A DNA stretch of 64,000 bases from Schmidtea polychroa (taxonomy: Eukaryota), in NCBI GenBank assembly GCA_044892525.1, contig CM097885.1, positions 50,966,001-51,030,000 of the forward strand, written 5' to 3'. The notes under the pieces were generated by a model. It saw only the letters and a list, made by a program, of their open reading frames with translations, was not told where the DNA came from and did not search any database. The position numbers and the translations under genes are program-made. Positions 41,848 to 56,833 of the stretch are shown here, in pieces (within the stretch, counting starts at the first letter, position 1; every line of letters starts with the position of its first letter).

Positions 41848-42490
41848 TGTAAGGGAAATTTGTAGAACCCGGTAGAGTCACCGGGGTGCTTGTATGCACA
41901 ATGATAACCAAGATATTAAATAGCAGTTAATAAAAAAATACAACTTTATAAACGAAAAAATATAATTCTTTAAAATATTGACAGGATATAGTGATTCAGC
42001 CTACTATTTACGATCGATGTTATGCTAGTTACTGGAAAGACAAATGTCTGAGGAGAACTGTAAGGATTTAGGGTCGATCACGATTTAACTCGATATTAAT
42101 TCAAGTAGGAGATCCAATGAAGATTGTAATTTACAAATTTCTCTGAACGATTTGGCTCTACAAACACTTTCTAGGGTTGAATTAATTCTTCTTTAACTTG
42201 TAGATTACCTGACTTTTCTGATGTAGTTTCTTTCTCTTTTGTAATATCTGTGTTCCTTTAATAAAACATTGTTGTGACTTCGGATTATTAGATTGGTTTG
42301 GCTATTTTACGACTTCTAATTTTCTTAATTCTTTCAATTGATTATTTTGTCATTTGTAATTTCTCTATAGTACATTATTACTATAAAGAATATAGTTTCT
42401 TTTTGCTGGTTTGTGAAGGATATGTCTCGAATGAAAATGATGATTACCATTCGTAATTCAAAAAATCACATTTAAAAAACTTATGTTACA
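41848..42490. mobile_element. Possible solo LTR
   Basis: TGTAA…TTACA termini around a stretch less AT-rich than its flanks; TSD imperfect. Confidence 0.35.
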
Positions 42491-42651
42491 TATATATATA
42501 TATATATATAACTTTTTTTCCAGTGATGATCACATTTTTGACCACCATTAAATAGTGATAAATGGCTACGAAATAAATTTTTTATTTTAATCTTTTATTG
42601 TGTAACTAATATTCGAGATTGAAATTCATATCAAATTATGTATGTATATAT

Positions 42652-44495
42652 ACCTCTCTAATAGGACCACCCTTGGTTCCGGACCAAAAGTGGTCTTTAC
42701 TAGAGGTGGTCCTATTAGAGAGAGTTTTATTTTTATAAAGAAAACTAGACTTAAATTGAAGATTTTATTATAAAAACTCATCTAATGTTGTTTGTCTCTT
42801 CGATTTGGCTTCACTGTTATCAAAAACTATCGTATTCGTCAACTTTTGTTCAGCTTGAAACATTATGTCAACTAATTTATTGTCACCCAGTTCCATTCCA
42901 AGAATCTTAATCTGCTGAATATAAGATAAAGATGTTTTTAAATCAATTTTTGGTAAATCAGATTCTTCTTCGTTTGGTTCAGAAACCTCACTTGATGCAT
43001 CATCCAAACTAATGTAAGAAGAAATCAGTTTTTCTTCCCAGTCACTCTCAAAACAGTTTTGTTCAAGAGAAATGTCAAGCTCACTAAGGTAAAAGTCGAA
43101 ATCAAGCTTCTTAGCTAAATCTGTTACGTCTTGTTCGATCTCAGTTATAATATCTGGTTTAACCGTGATATCCGAGCAGAACCCACATTTTTTAAAACAG
43201 CTCTCAACTGTTGACGGCTTAACAGCATTCCAAGACTCCTTTACAAACTCAACAACATTAGAGAGATTGATTTTTTTCAACAACTCTTCTACATTGGCAG
43301 TTGTTTCATAAAACGACAATAATGAAGAGAGCATTCTTTTTTGATATTCCAGCTTGAAAGATCTAATTATACCTTGGTCTAAAGGCTGAGATTTGCTGGT
43401 AGTATTTGCAGGAAGAAATGCAAATTTTATATTGCTTAAATCCAATTTAGGATGACACGTTGCATTATCCAATACTATCAGGATTCTTCTCTTTTCTTTT
43501 AAAAGCTTCTCATTGAACTTGGTACACCATTCCTTGAAAATTGTACTGGTCACCCAAGCCTTTCTATTTGCATGCCATTCAGCACCCATTTTAGACATAT
43601 CGATGTTTTTGAAGCACCTAGGCCTTAAAGATTTATTAATTATGACCGGTGGCTCTTTTTCTCCCAACATATTAACACAAAGCATGATTGTTATTCTTTG
43701 TTTGGATTTTTTACTTCCATATGTTTTTTCTCCAGCACGACCCAAAGATTTCCCTGGCAACATTTTATAGAATAAAGCAGTCTCATCTATGTTGTAGATA
43801 TCTTTCTTTTCATAGTTTGTAATAACATCTGGGATTTTCGAAAACCAATCTGATAGCTCAGATGGTTCTACGGAAGCAGATTCGCCTGATAAAACCCTCA
43901 AAGTAATATTGTTTCTCTTGAGGAATTTCTCCAACCAGCCATTACTAGCTTTAAACACATTGTTGTTTAGACTAATAGCTATCTTCTTAGCTGATGCTTT
44001 CAACAATTCTCCGTTAATAGGAAAGCCTCGCAGCACTTTGTTTTCATACCACTCTAGAACATACTCATTGATAAGTTTAAACTGCTGATTTGTTAGTCGT
44101 TTTAGTTTTTTATTTGCATTATTGTTCCAAAGCTCCTTTATTTCTTCTTTGTTAATAATGATATGTGGACTTGCGTTTTACTACAAGAAAATCGTCTTGC
44201 AATAAGTCTCTGTCCTTCTCCTCGCTCAGAAGATTTAATAACATCCATCTTCTCACTCAATGTAAGCTACTTTCTCGTTTTTTTTACTCCCATTTTAATT
44301 TTAAAAAAATATTTAAACAAAAAATTTTTAAACTAAAAATATTTTTTACGAAAAGTGGTCTTAACGAGAGGGGTGGTGCTATTATGGAGGGTTATTTGTC
44401 CCAGTAAACTACTGTGTAAATTTGGTTCCGAAGAAATAGAGGTCTTAACTAGAGGTGGTCTCTTTAGGGAGCTGGTCTTAAGTAGAGGTTTTACT
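42652..44495 (-). mobile_element. pogo/Tigger DNA transposon, near full length
   Basis: Right end …agtagaggttttaCTG-TA; left TIR lacks its outermost bases (acctctctaataggaccacc); shared subterminal agaggtggtc repeats. Confidence 0.9.
42768..44293 (-). pseudogene. Tigger/pogo (CENP-B-like) DDD transposase with frameshifts in the N-terminal HTH
   Basis: FKASNGWLEKF, YNIDETALF, VLDNATCH, QPLDQGII, KRQTTLDEF; the ATG at 44293 and the LTLSEKMDVI N-terminus are out of frame with the main ORF. Confidence 0.9.
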
Positions 44496-47000
44496 GTATA
44501 TATATATAATAACTTATATAATTATTTTTTATAAAAACATATTGACAGAATTTCTTTGACCAAAATATAGTTATGTCTTTAATTTTACGCAGTTTTGAAA
44601 GTTGTTGAAAATATCCTTCACTCGTCAATAAGCAATGCAGTGTCTTCGCATTTTATTTTAATTAATCTATTAAAATAGAGATATTTAAATAAAACATTTT
44701 TTAAATATTTAGAAAGCAGTTTAGAAAGATTCTAAAAATGTAAGAAAATCTTTTAAAAATGCAGGAAGATGAAGATTCAAATATTATACCGACTTCATGT
44801 TTCGTCATTAAACCAGAGTTTCTTCAAATTTGAATAAATGTTGGATCGTTTGTTATTTGTTTTCAATTCCCGATATGCAAAATTTTATTAATAATATTGT
44901 TAAATTTAGCTAATTATAATTGAAATAAATTATTCCCCCATTTACAAGAAAATCATTATAAAAAGAGTATTATAAAACCATAAAATTTAATGATTTATCC
45001 TAAAAGATTTAACAAAATATTTTAATAGATAATTGATAAAAAATTAATTAATAACATTATTTTAAGTGGTTTAGTTAGAAAAGTATATGAAAAATTAAAA
45101 AAGATGAAAGATATATTAAAAAATGTAAAAAATTAAATTACTAAGCGATCTTATATTTCTGCTAGAAAAATAATATAAATAATTCAATGCGAATCAAAAT
45201 AATCAAATTAATATTAAGAAAAGATCCAGAGTTACTAAGTTAAAAGCATCAGAAGTACTTAATTTATATTAAATAAATCCTAATTTGTAGATAAATTATA
45301 ATTTTTACATTAAATTATTATATTAACATCAACCATCAATATAAACAAAATCTCAATCATTCACACATACATTAACTATTTGCATTATATTACTCACAAT
45401 TATTCTAAACTATTCCGGTACATGTTTTTATTGGTGACTCAGCTGGGCTAAACAATTTCTTTCATATACATTTAAAGGTCTGTACAAATTTAATAACAAA
45501 CATATAGTAACATATTAGAAACAAGTTTTATCATTATACGCATATACCAAAAAAAGAAATTAAATCAAATTTGAAAAAAATAGTGGTCAGAGTCAAATAA
45601 AATATTATTTGAAATAAATTTTGATAATTTTCTATTTAAAAATATTTATTTTATTTTACAAACAAAAATAATCAAATTTGAAAAAATCGCGGTCAGAGGG
45701 TTAATAGGCAGATTATTTTGTTAATGATTTCTTCTCTTCATAATCTATGGCTATAACTTATCTTACCTATTTTATGTTTACTTATTTTGTCTTACATTTA
45801 TGTTGTTATAATGCAAAATTTGAAATTATCTATCCGTTTCATTAATTTGCAAAACTAGCAATCTGTAAATGTAATTTACAGACAAATAATTACAGACAAA
45901 TCTCGACCTATATGTTATCACAAAAATCTCAAAGAGCTTGATTATAAATATTTAAATGAAATAATTCTTTTACAAGTAAAAAATATTTCCTAAATGTAAT
46001 TATAAGAATTACAAGAAAAACTGAAAAACGTAAAAATGATTGAACTTTTCTGAATTTTGACAGAACTAAAACAGAAATCATTGAAGTGGTCTTCATTAAT
46101 GAATTAACAAATTAATTAGTTTTCAAAAGTCTAGAAATTATAATTTCATTTTCTGATTTTACAAAATGTTTACGTACTTTTTATTGCTAAAATAAAATTA
46201 ATACACTCACAGATAAACCTATCTGACATTTTGCAGTGTTATGTTTAGAAATATTTAATTTTTACATTATATGTCATAAAAATAACCCCCAAAGAACTAA
46301 AATGAAAGACATAGAAAATATATATTTTGAAATAATTGGTTTTTACATAAATAGGCATTTCTAGAGAAATTCAAAGATTTTGACATTCAACAAATATATA
46401 TTAAATAAGTTTTCTGCATCAATAATATGTCGATTCAGGGCACAAATAAATTAAAGGTTTCTTTTTTACATTGAATATTTTTTTTATTAAATGAAATTTT
46501 AAGTTTATATTTAAAGAGATGAGTCTGTTTGTTTATTACTTGCAAGTTAATTCCAATCTAGTGTCAATTTTAATCAAACTCGTAGCTCATCATTCGACAT
46601 CTCTTAGTAGTTTTGTTGCAAAATTCGAGGACATAAATTGTTTTATAAGAACTTCTTTTGATTTTCGCCTCTGATTTCATTTCAATTGACATTGTCTTTT
46701 TAAAAAATTGCCTATGAATCAGTAAAGATATATATGTCTATTTTCGATATTCACGAATTGTCGGCACATCGAAACATCAATATTTTTACTGATTCATAGT
46801 CAATTTTTAATAAATGCAATTGTGAGGTGTTTTCAGCTGAGAATTAAATATTTCAATGATTTATTAAAATAATTTTAAATGATAAATAATTGACTATTTA
46901 AATTAACTTTTAAAAACATTTTTAAATCGAATTTTTCAAATTGAAATTTTGAAATTTTGAAATTTTGAAATTAAAAAATTAAACAAGCTTTTATTAGTAA

Positions 47001-47325
47001 TTATAAGATAACGCCAATCAAACATTCTTTTCACGATATATTTCGACAGTTTTCCTGTCATCATCAGGTGGGATATAATAACTAATTAAATTAGGGATTT
47101 TAAACAAATTTATTAATTATATATAAAAACTTTTTTTATTTTATAAAAACATTTAATTATTTTTAAAAAATTATACTTAAATTAATATATTATTTTTTTT
47201 AAAATTTTAACATTCAAAATTTAATTTAATAATTTAAAAATTTTTATTAATTATTTAACTTATAACAACAATCAATACAGTATAAAAAATTATTTAAAAA
47301 ATTATTTAAAAACACTCAAAACACA
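47001..47325 (-). mobile_element. Penelope-type non-coding insert carrying a hammerhead
   Basis: Absent from the paralogous repeat at 2110-2462; flanked by AGTAA direct repeats. Confidence 0.6.
47031..47072 (-). ncRNA. Minimal type I hammerhead ribozyme (Penelope-like)
   Basis: Minus strand: ccac-CTGATGA-t-gacag(gaaaa)ctgtc-GAAA-tata-TC-gtg. Confidence 0.82.
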
Positions 47326-50300
47326 AGTAAATCATTTTTAAATAAATATATTTTAAATATCGAAATTTTAATAAATTATTTATGAAATATTTTATTCAAC
47401 GCTGAAAATTTGTTTGGAAATTATACAATATTTCATTAAATACTTGGAATTATGATGTTAACTTTTGAACCGGATTTAAAAAATAATTTAGAAGATGTGT
47501 TAGCAGCTTCTAATAGCAATAAATTGCCAAATAAATTGTTATTTTTATCAAATGTTGAATTGAATATTTCATAGTTGTACACTTTTAATTTTCTTCTACT
47601 TGCCTTGACACATAGTTTTCGTAACACGGTTTTATATAATTGATTAAAATATAGGTAAGAATGGTGAAAGTTGCACGTTGGGTGTTTTCAACATATGCAA
47701 AACGGCTTGCTTTCACTGATAAATGAAGTTTTTGAAAAATTAATTAATCACACAGAAACAAACCAGACAAATATGGTGAATGGTAAACCAAATAAATCTG
47801 ATCTACTATCAAAAAGTCATTAACAGTCAATGACCAAGATCTTGTACGTTTTCATTCAAAAGATACTTACTGTCTAGTTTCAATAAACATACGTAGAATT
47901 ATTGGTCTAGGCATATGAATTCCATTTCCATAAATCATACTGAAGAAACTTTATATATTTTCATTAATTTACGCACATTTTAATATTGTCTTCAATAATT
48001 TCATGTTTGGCAGACCAAGACGTTCAACATTATTTAACATCTTCACGACCTTCCTTTAATCTTTCAAATAATATTTAAAAAGTTTTTAAATCCTTTTAAA
48101 AACACATTTCACCAAAATTATGTTTATTTAAAATTTTCAATTTATTTTTGGAACAGAAAATGCAATGACATTTTATATTTTATAAAATTTTCTACAAGGA
48201 AAAAATAAGGATAACTATCAAGATTATTTAAAGAAAATTGTTTTACAAACTGTTTTAAAGATTAAAATAAAATACACGTCCAAAAAATCAAATAAAGCAT
48301 TTTCCCGATCCAAACATAATAAATTATATAGTTGTTAAATGTCACTGAAAATTATTTTGAAAAAATTGTTTAAAAAATAGAGAGGAAGCTTGATGTCAAT
48401 TTTTCGATAAGAATAACTCGATAGTTCATCAAATATGTTTAATTACAATCATAAATTGAATGAATTGAAAGTTGAAGTGATTTCTCCACCTCAACGTGTA
48501 ACAGATTTATCCCTTACACTGTAAAACCCGAATATTGCCATTTTCTCAAACATTTAAGTCATTTATTTTTTGAAAAACAAAAAGTGCAATAGTCAAATTG
48601 ATTTCAATGACTTTTTCTAGGTTCCGTAACTTTTAATCAACTTTAAATATCTAATCTATTAATTACTTGTCAACAATATACCGATTGCAATTTTTATTAA
48701 AAATCACTTATTTTGCTTAAATTTTATCATAAAGATTTATTTGTAAATAAATTTGAAAGACATTTACCAATAACTACCCCAATTTGTAATAATATGTAAA
48801 TAATTCAATGAAAATAATAAAAATAACAATAATGTGGTTAAATTTAATTAAATTACAATTTTTATTAATTTTAAATATTTAAGAAAAAATCGATAAAAAT
48901 TTTAACACACAAAAGAAATAAATTACAAACTAATTTTAATTCAAAATTAATAAAATCGTCAAATAAATATTTTTTTGATCTCACCTAAATATCCCGAAAT
49001 TCTCTAATAATTAGCATGCAATATTTTTTTTAGTAAATTTAATCAATAAAGTCTTTTCTAATCTATTAATGTAGGCATAAAGTCAGTAAAATCATTGACA
49101 TAAATAACATTTAACTCCAGTGAAATTAACAGCCAAATAGTCATTATTTTTGTTATACAAGAAGAAATTTCGGACATTTAAAAATCACTGTGAATCACGT
49201 GCAAGTGAATAAACTGAATGTCGACTAATTTAATGATTAATTTCTTCAGTGAATGTCAATCGGAAAATTTCCTTTATCTTCATTTCTTTTCAAACTGTAG
49301 ATCAATATTTTGTTTTATATTGAACAATAATGTTTAACATTGCCTTTTTTTACTGTTTACAAATTTTTAAATTTTCATCAATAGTTAAAAAATCAAATGT
49401 CGGAATTGTGCGAAACTCACAAAAATGAAAATTCAAATTTCATTAAACGTAGAATTAGTTAAACGTTCAAGTGAAAATTTAAATGATTTTAAAATTTAAA
49501 AAAAACTTTGAAAAATGTAAAAATCAATATTTTGCTAGGGAAAAAGTAACGGCAGGTAGAAAATTAAAAGTAAAATTATAGAGGTTCATAAAATGCACTT
49601 GTAAACTAATTAATTAATTATGGTGATAACACTAATCATATTTTTTGTTAGAGAATATCACTGATTTAGACATGCAAGATGGCGACTTTTCAAGCTGTGA
49701 AAGAGTAGTAAAATTTGATATTTAGTTATTAAGAGATATAAAAAAATGGTAGAATATTCTTGTAGAACTAAAAGGATTAATGTGAAACCAGTATACATGG
49801 GCAGATAAAAGTAGCAAATTTCTTCAATTACGGTCAACAGCAAAATATTTGTCATTGCAAAGATTTTGAGGTTTAGGAAATTTAAGAAGTATCATAGAAG
49901 TATCATAACGTAGAGTTAAATTGAAGTTCCGATCCTACTGAAATCATCGAAAACCTTAAAAAATGAAGATTAAAAAAATGAAAATTAAAATATTTTAAAA
50001 TATTATTGACAATGAGAACGAGTTTTGAATAAATAATAGAAATAATCTTTGAGAAATAATTCTCCAACAGTCATGGAATTTGACAATCAAATTAAATTTA
50101 TATTGTCAATAAGTTGGGGGTTTTATTTAAAGTTTCATTTTCTTTGATTAATTATCCCCCATGGGAATATATATTTATATATCTCAATTTTCAGTATCTG
50201 TCAAATATGTCATTGTGGAATAATTGATATTGTTAATATAACGCATAATTATTAATGAAAAACAAGAGATTAAATGCAAATTTATTTATATATTCTATTT

Positions 50301-51421
50301 TGTTATTTCTTAATGTGTTATTAAACACATGCATTTTTCTACAAATTTTAAATAAAAATTAATTAAAACAACAAAATTAGTTGATGATTTGAATAAAAAT
50401 ACGTTAATCTTAATTCATATTTTTCAAATTTAACAATAGATTTTAGAAACTCAATTAAAAACCTTTATTTAAACAATAAAATATGTATTTTTAATTAATT
50501 AATTTGTGAACAATGTTTACTAAACACATTTATGTCATTTATAATTCTGATGTAAGTAGGGTATAATTGCTCTTCAAATATTTACATTATTAAATTGTAT
50601 GACTTTTTTAATTATAAAGAAATTATATTTGAATACCGATTTTACCACTGGAACTTTCAAAATTATTATATACAATTCCAAAGACTTCAAATTGAAAATA
50701 TAAAATGATCTTAAAATTATTATGATTAAAAATAATAAACCTAGTAAAGGTCTATATAAAGGGTGCGTTTCGATTCATATTATGCACTTGCGCCTTAGTA
50801 TAAAATAAGCACGAATGCATTAGTGTTAAATTCTGAACTATGTTCTATACTTCCATTTATATTACTGTGACTAGTACCTTCGTAGTTGCGCAAGTTAAGA
50901 CATAACACACTCAGTATAAAATTAACAAATTTTTCTTCCACTTTACATTTGTACTTAAAAAATCAAACATTCATAAACACTAACAAAATTAGCTATAAAA
51001 TTTCAATATGAAGAGCGAAAAGATAAAAAAATATAGACTTTCGATTAGTCGTTCGGTGTGCGGTGCGCACTTATCATACATGAAATAGCCGCCACTATTT
51101 ATTAACAATGGATATAGAGTGATTTGAAATATAATAGTCGAAATATTGTTTATTTAAAGTTAATTTCTTCTAATTTCTAAGATATAATAAAATCAGGGCT
51201 TAGAATTTGATAAAATATTTTAAAGAGGATAAAAGTAAATATAACTAAATAATTATATAATCTTAACATATTTTCTTCAGTAAATTATAATAACTGATTA
51301 ATTTTAGGTACTATCAATAATTTGATTTCATCAAGTTTTTCTTTCATTTAAGTCAAATACGGAACAGATAAATGACTTTTGAAAATAGTTTCTTATCTTC
51401 TAATTATTCTCCAATATATCC

Positions 51422-51452
<31 letters not shown>

Positions 51453-52110
51453 AAAACTATACTTTTCCAATATTCTTCACACATGTTTTTCTACAATAAC
51501 ATTTTCTTTTTTAAAAATTAATATTTTAAATTGAAATTTATCCTCTATTTATACTTTATTTTTATGTGATAATAATTAATATTATTTTATCTATAAATTT
51601 TTATTAAAAATTTCCCTAAGATTCGCTTCTAATTTAAAGTTAATTATAAATTGAATAAAACTCTGAATTTCCTTTAATTTTATATCAGGCTATAGATTAA
51701 TAAATTTATTTAATTAATAAAAAATTTTGGCACAATCTTTCCAAGTCGTTAAATAAAAAAATATATTGTATACAATAAATATAAAGAAAAATAATTGCAC
51801 GATGGAAAATATACTGATAATTCAATGGCTAAAAATAAAAAAAAAGAAATGAAAATTTATTTAGAAGAACATAATTAAAATTTTTTAAGTTTGCAGTAAC
51901 TTTATTTTTTGTTATATATTAAATTTTTGAGATAATTGGTTTTCTATAATTATTTTATGATACATAATATAACTTACTAATGTATACAATCACACAAATA
52001 CATACAATCACCCCAACTATCCCAAGACAGATTTTACTAGTGACGTGGCTGGAATCAACAAAGTTTACATGGAAGCAGCAAAAGGAGCCAAATATAAATA
52101 TACAATATAA

Positions 52111-52177
<67 letters not shown>

Positions 52178-53850
52178 GATGAGGCGTGTGTGTCTTATAC
52201 GTACTTAAGTAGGGGAAATGAAAAACTGTGCATTTATCTATAATATAATATATTAAATTAACTAAAATTGATAAAATAAGATAACAAAATCATATCCGTA
52301 TGATTTAATCGAGTCATTCGAACAGGAAGTATTCAATTTTAGTATCTAGAATATTTGCTAAAAAATTTTAAAATATTTTATACTTTATATAAAGATATGA
52401 AATAGATAAAATGGCTTCCTTGTTATTATCATTACAACAATATAAATTTACCCTACAATAAATTTTGATAAAATATATGCTGTTAAAAACTTGTTAATTA
52501 TTTATTATGAAATGAAACCTTGTAATTGTTTATAATTAGTTTTAGAAAATCAAAGTTAGCATTTGTAAAACATATGTCCATCCTCTATAATTCCTTGGAA
52601 TAGGCAAAAATTTTTCACTGCACATTTCAGTAAACGTGTCTGTTTTATATTTTGTATTCATTGATGATTAATTTTTTATTTTGTTTTATTTTACATTTTT
52701 ATATTATTATTAAATTTAAAATTTTAATTAAATTTTATTTAATCAAAACTTTAAACCATTAAATTTAAAAAACAAAATTTTCAGCTGCAAATCTTTGAAA
52801 GTTGTTCTTTAGGCCATTTAAAAAATTTGAATATCTTCAGCGCGATTTATAATTTCTGTTTGAAACTGTGTGTGTGTGCGTGTGTAATTTTGTTCTATTT
52901 AACACATAAAATTTGTTTTTATTTTAAAAGTTTTTTGACAGAGAACACTTTTATTTCAAAATATTTGGTTTATAAATATTGCAATTAATTTCTTAAGAGT
53001 AATATAAAATGTAATTATCCGTTATTAATATTAATTGTCTTTTCCTGTGAAAATATGGAACAAACTTATTTTTGATAAATAATTTAAATTTATTCCCATC
53101 ATAATCATCTTTTGTCATTTAAATATGCTATAGCACCATTAGTCCTGTTGGATAAGAGCATTATTACAATTAATAATCCCAAATATATCTGGATTTCCTG
53201 CCATTTTCTACCTTTTTTTCATAACTATTTATGAGATAGTCCGAGTAACCTTTTTCTGATAGTCCTTTTAACACCGCTTAAGAAAATCAAATTTGTTTCT
53301 GGAATTTCCTTTTTTAATCTTCCACTTGTTACCTTCACTCTAATGATTCTTCATGTGAAACTGTAGTTCCCGTTTTCCTACTCTTGCTCTTTTCCGTATT
53401 GTTAAAATTTTCTATGAAAGGCAACAAACTTGCTGCAATATTTTCTAGAAATGTTTTATATTTCGTGATCAAAAGTTTTATATTTCGGAATAATACGATA
53501 ATTACAAGAATTTTGCTCATTATAAAACTTTTATTAAACAAATACTTTTAGTTGAATGTCATTTAAGTTTTGTTTTCTTTACGATCATTATCGTTTCCGT
53601 AGTGTCTGGCAAATGAAATTTATAAAATCTATATAGCTATAGTAAAACAGAAATTAATTAAAAAATTTAAAATTTAAAATAAATCAATAACTCCATAACG
53701 CCGAAGAAAAAGATAGTCGAGAGAAATAAACGTGGAAATAAAAGAAAATAGAAATCAAAGTAATTCAAAATATTTGGACATTAATCTGCCTCCAATAAAA
53801 GGTTTAAATTTATATAATTATTATTGTTGTTTGATTATTATATATTTAGT

Positions 53851-54050
53851 TGTCGCAACTTTACATACATTCACTCCAGCTGTCCCGAGACAGTATTTTT
53901 AAAGGAGACTCGGTTGAGCTCTACAAACTTTCTTACTATACACAAATAAACAAACATATAAACATAATATACATAGTTATTACAACATACAAATACTTAA
54001 TTATAACTTATAGCTATATAAACGTACGAATACATAATTGACAACCTCCA
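53851..54050 (-). mobile_element. Possible short LTR with PPT
   Basis: Minus strand gtggaggt then TGTCAATT…TTGCGACA. Confidence 0.35.
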
Positions 54051-55303
54051 CAATAACGACAATTGATTTTGGTCATATGCAATAAAATGTTTTATACGCT
54101 ATTCACATGACGAAACAATTTATGTTAACATTTCTAAGAACCGGTTATAGTGTTTAGATTTTAATAAATGATCTATCAAACCATTCAGAATTTAATTTCA
54201 AGGTATTTGATAATAAATTACAAATCATGTAGTTTATTCACTTGCAAAAAAAGGCTGTTGACAGAATTTTCATTATTATAATTATTATGTCAAATTAAAC
54301 ATATTACAATAAATAAGATTGGTATCAAATAATATTTTTATTATTTTATTATTTAAGGGATTTTTCTTAAAATTGATTACATATTTCTTAACCATTTCAA
54401 GTTTTTATTGCAATATGATATTCCAGTTCTAATGCAGAATTTAATTAGTGAAAAAATCTGTTTAGCAAAGAAATCAATCAGGTGATTGGCATTTTGATTT
54501 TAGATAACATTTTCATGGTCATTTGTTCATAATATATTTCCGTCATTGTCATTATTGGTCATACTCTATACTTGATGAATTTCTAATTTGTATTGCAAAA
54601 CATTTTTAGGTGGACCATGATAATAAAACACGATTAATTTTTGTTATTCAGTGAACCTTTTTACATATTATGAGGAAGATGGAAGATGAAAGATTCAAAA
54701 AGTTTTAACTAGAAATTTTGTTAAATTTTAAAAATATTTTTATCGAAATATATTTTAAAAAAATTGAAATTTGTTTAAATAAGAAACAAAAGAAAAGATT
54801 TGAGTGTATAATTTATTAAATAAAGTATATGGAATTATTTAGTGATTTGCAAACAGATATTAATGCTCTAACGGATGAGAATCCTAATACACATAAAATA
54901 ACAGTCCAATAATAGGTTCTGCTATTATTATTATTTTTTGTTAGTCATACACGTGAGTTAAATCTGTATTACATTTGTTGATTCTTTGTGTTTGATATAA
55001 GAATTGAGAAAACATAGTCAATCTCAGTATTTTAAAACGGTTATTTTCTGAGTATATTTGGAAATAATCTGGTATCAGTATTTCAAAAATTGGGTTTCTT
55101 TTTGAGAATTATTTTAAATTAGACATTTTCTACCGACAAACTTTGATTATAGGTAAGATTCTCAAAAATTAAAAAAATGAAATAAGAGAAAATAAAACTT
55201 TGAACAAATCTTTGATCAAATATATCGTTTCTGGTACTATTTAAAAATACTCGTATTGCAAATAAAGTTATTAAGGTCAATTAGATCTCACTTTATTTGC
55301 ATA

Positions 55304-55435
55304 AATAATAATAATAATAAATAATAATAATAATAAATAATAATAATAATAAATAATAATAATAATAATAAATAATAATAATAATAAATAATAATAATAA
55401 TAAATAATAATAATAATAAATAATAATAATAATAA
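55304..55435. repeat. Interrupted (AAT)n microsatellite
   Basis: Direct observation. Confidence 0.95.
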
Positions 55436-56647
55436 AATTTATTAAAAACAGAGCTTGAAAAATTTACTTGAAAAAAGCAGTGCCGAAAATTTCTGAGTAT
55501 CAAAAAACAACGATATATTACGGATTTATAGTATTCAAGCTCTGTTTTTAATAAATTCAATGGAAAATATAATCAGTGGTGGAATTGAAAGAAAAAAAAA
55601 TAATAAAATTAATAATAAGAATAAGAATAAAAAGAAAATATTATGAAAGAGAAAATTATAAGAGAAATATTTTATTCTAAATTTTGGAATTGAAATTTAG
55701 ATTTATGATAAATTGAAGGTTATAAAGATCATCATTTTAAAGAAAAGGTTTCTTCGAATTCTTCTAAATAAATCGACAGGCCAAATTTTCGGAAAAATAC
55801 TATCACGGGCCACAATAAATTCATTTAAATAAATATAACTCGTTTTTACGATTCAAGTAAACTTAGAATCAATTTATTAAATTAAAAACATGCTTAATTC
55901 GAATATGAATTCTAAAAAAGACAATTATTGATTTGATGTTTAAAATTGTGTCCGAGCCACATCAAAACGCTTCGCGGGCCACCGGTTGGCCATGGCTGGC
56001 ATATAAGAATATAAGAATATAATATGCATTAATCATTTGAAATTGTTTACCATGTAATCCCTTATTTTGTTTCGCATTTACATTAAATGACAAACATATT
56101 CATTGGGGTTAGAATTTAATAAAGTGCTATAAATGTGAGATAAAATAAAACAAAAATGTAGTTTTCATAATCTATTATATTAACTATTATTTTAATTTAT
56201 TTTTAAATTTTAACTGCATTAGTTAAATATAATTAAAATAAAGATTAGAAATACCCTAAATTTTTCTAAATAATATGCAATAATTTTATTAAAATTTAAA
56301 ATGAGATTTCCTTTTAATTATCAAAAATTCATTTAATTATCATATTTCAAAAGACTTTGTTCAAATATTGTTCAAACTAAATCATAAATGGTTTTAATTT
56401 TTGAATTTTATTTGATAAATGATTAGTTATTGAAAAAAAATTATTCTTTTAACATGGTGAAAAAAAAATTATTAAAATAAATTAAGATTTTTCCCATTTA
56501 TTTAATGTTTTGCATAGGGGGGACAAAAGAAAAAAAATTCAGCTAGGGGGGACATGAGCTAAAAAAGGTTGGGAAACACTGATATAAACTAATAATAATA
56601 TTATTATTACTGATTTATAGTCTTCAAACTCTCTTTTTAATAAATCC

Positions 56648-56832
<185 letters not shown>

Positions 56833-56833
56833 T

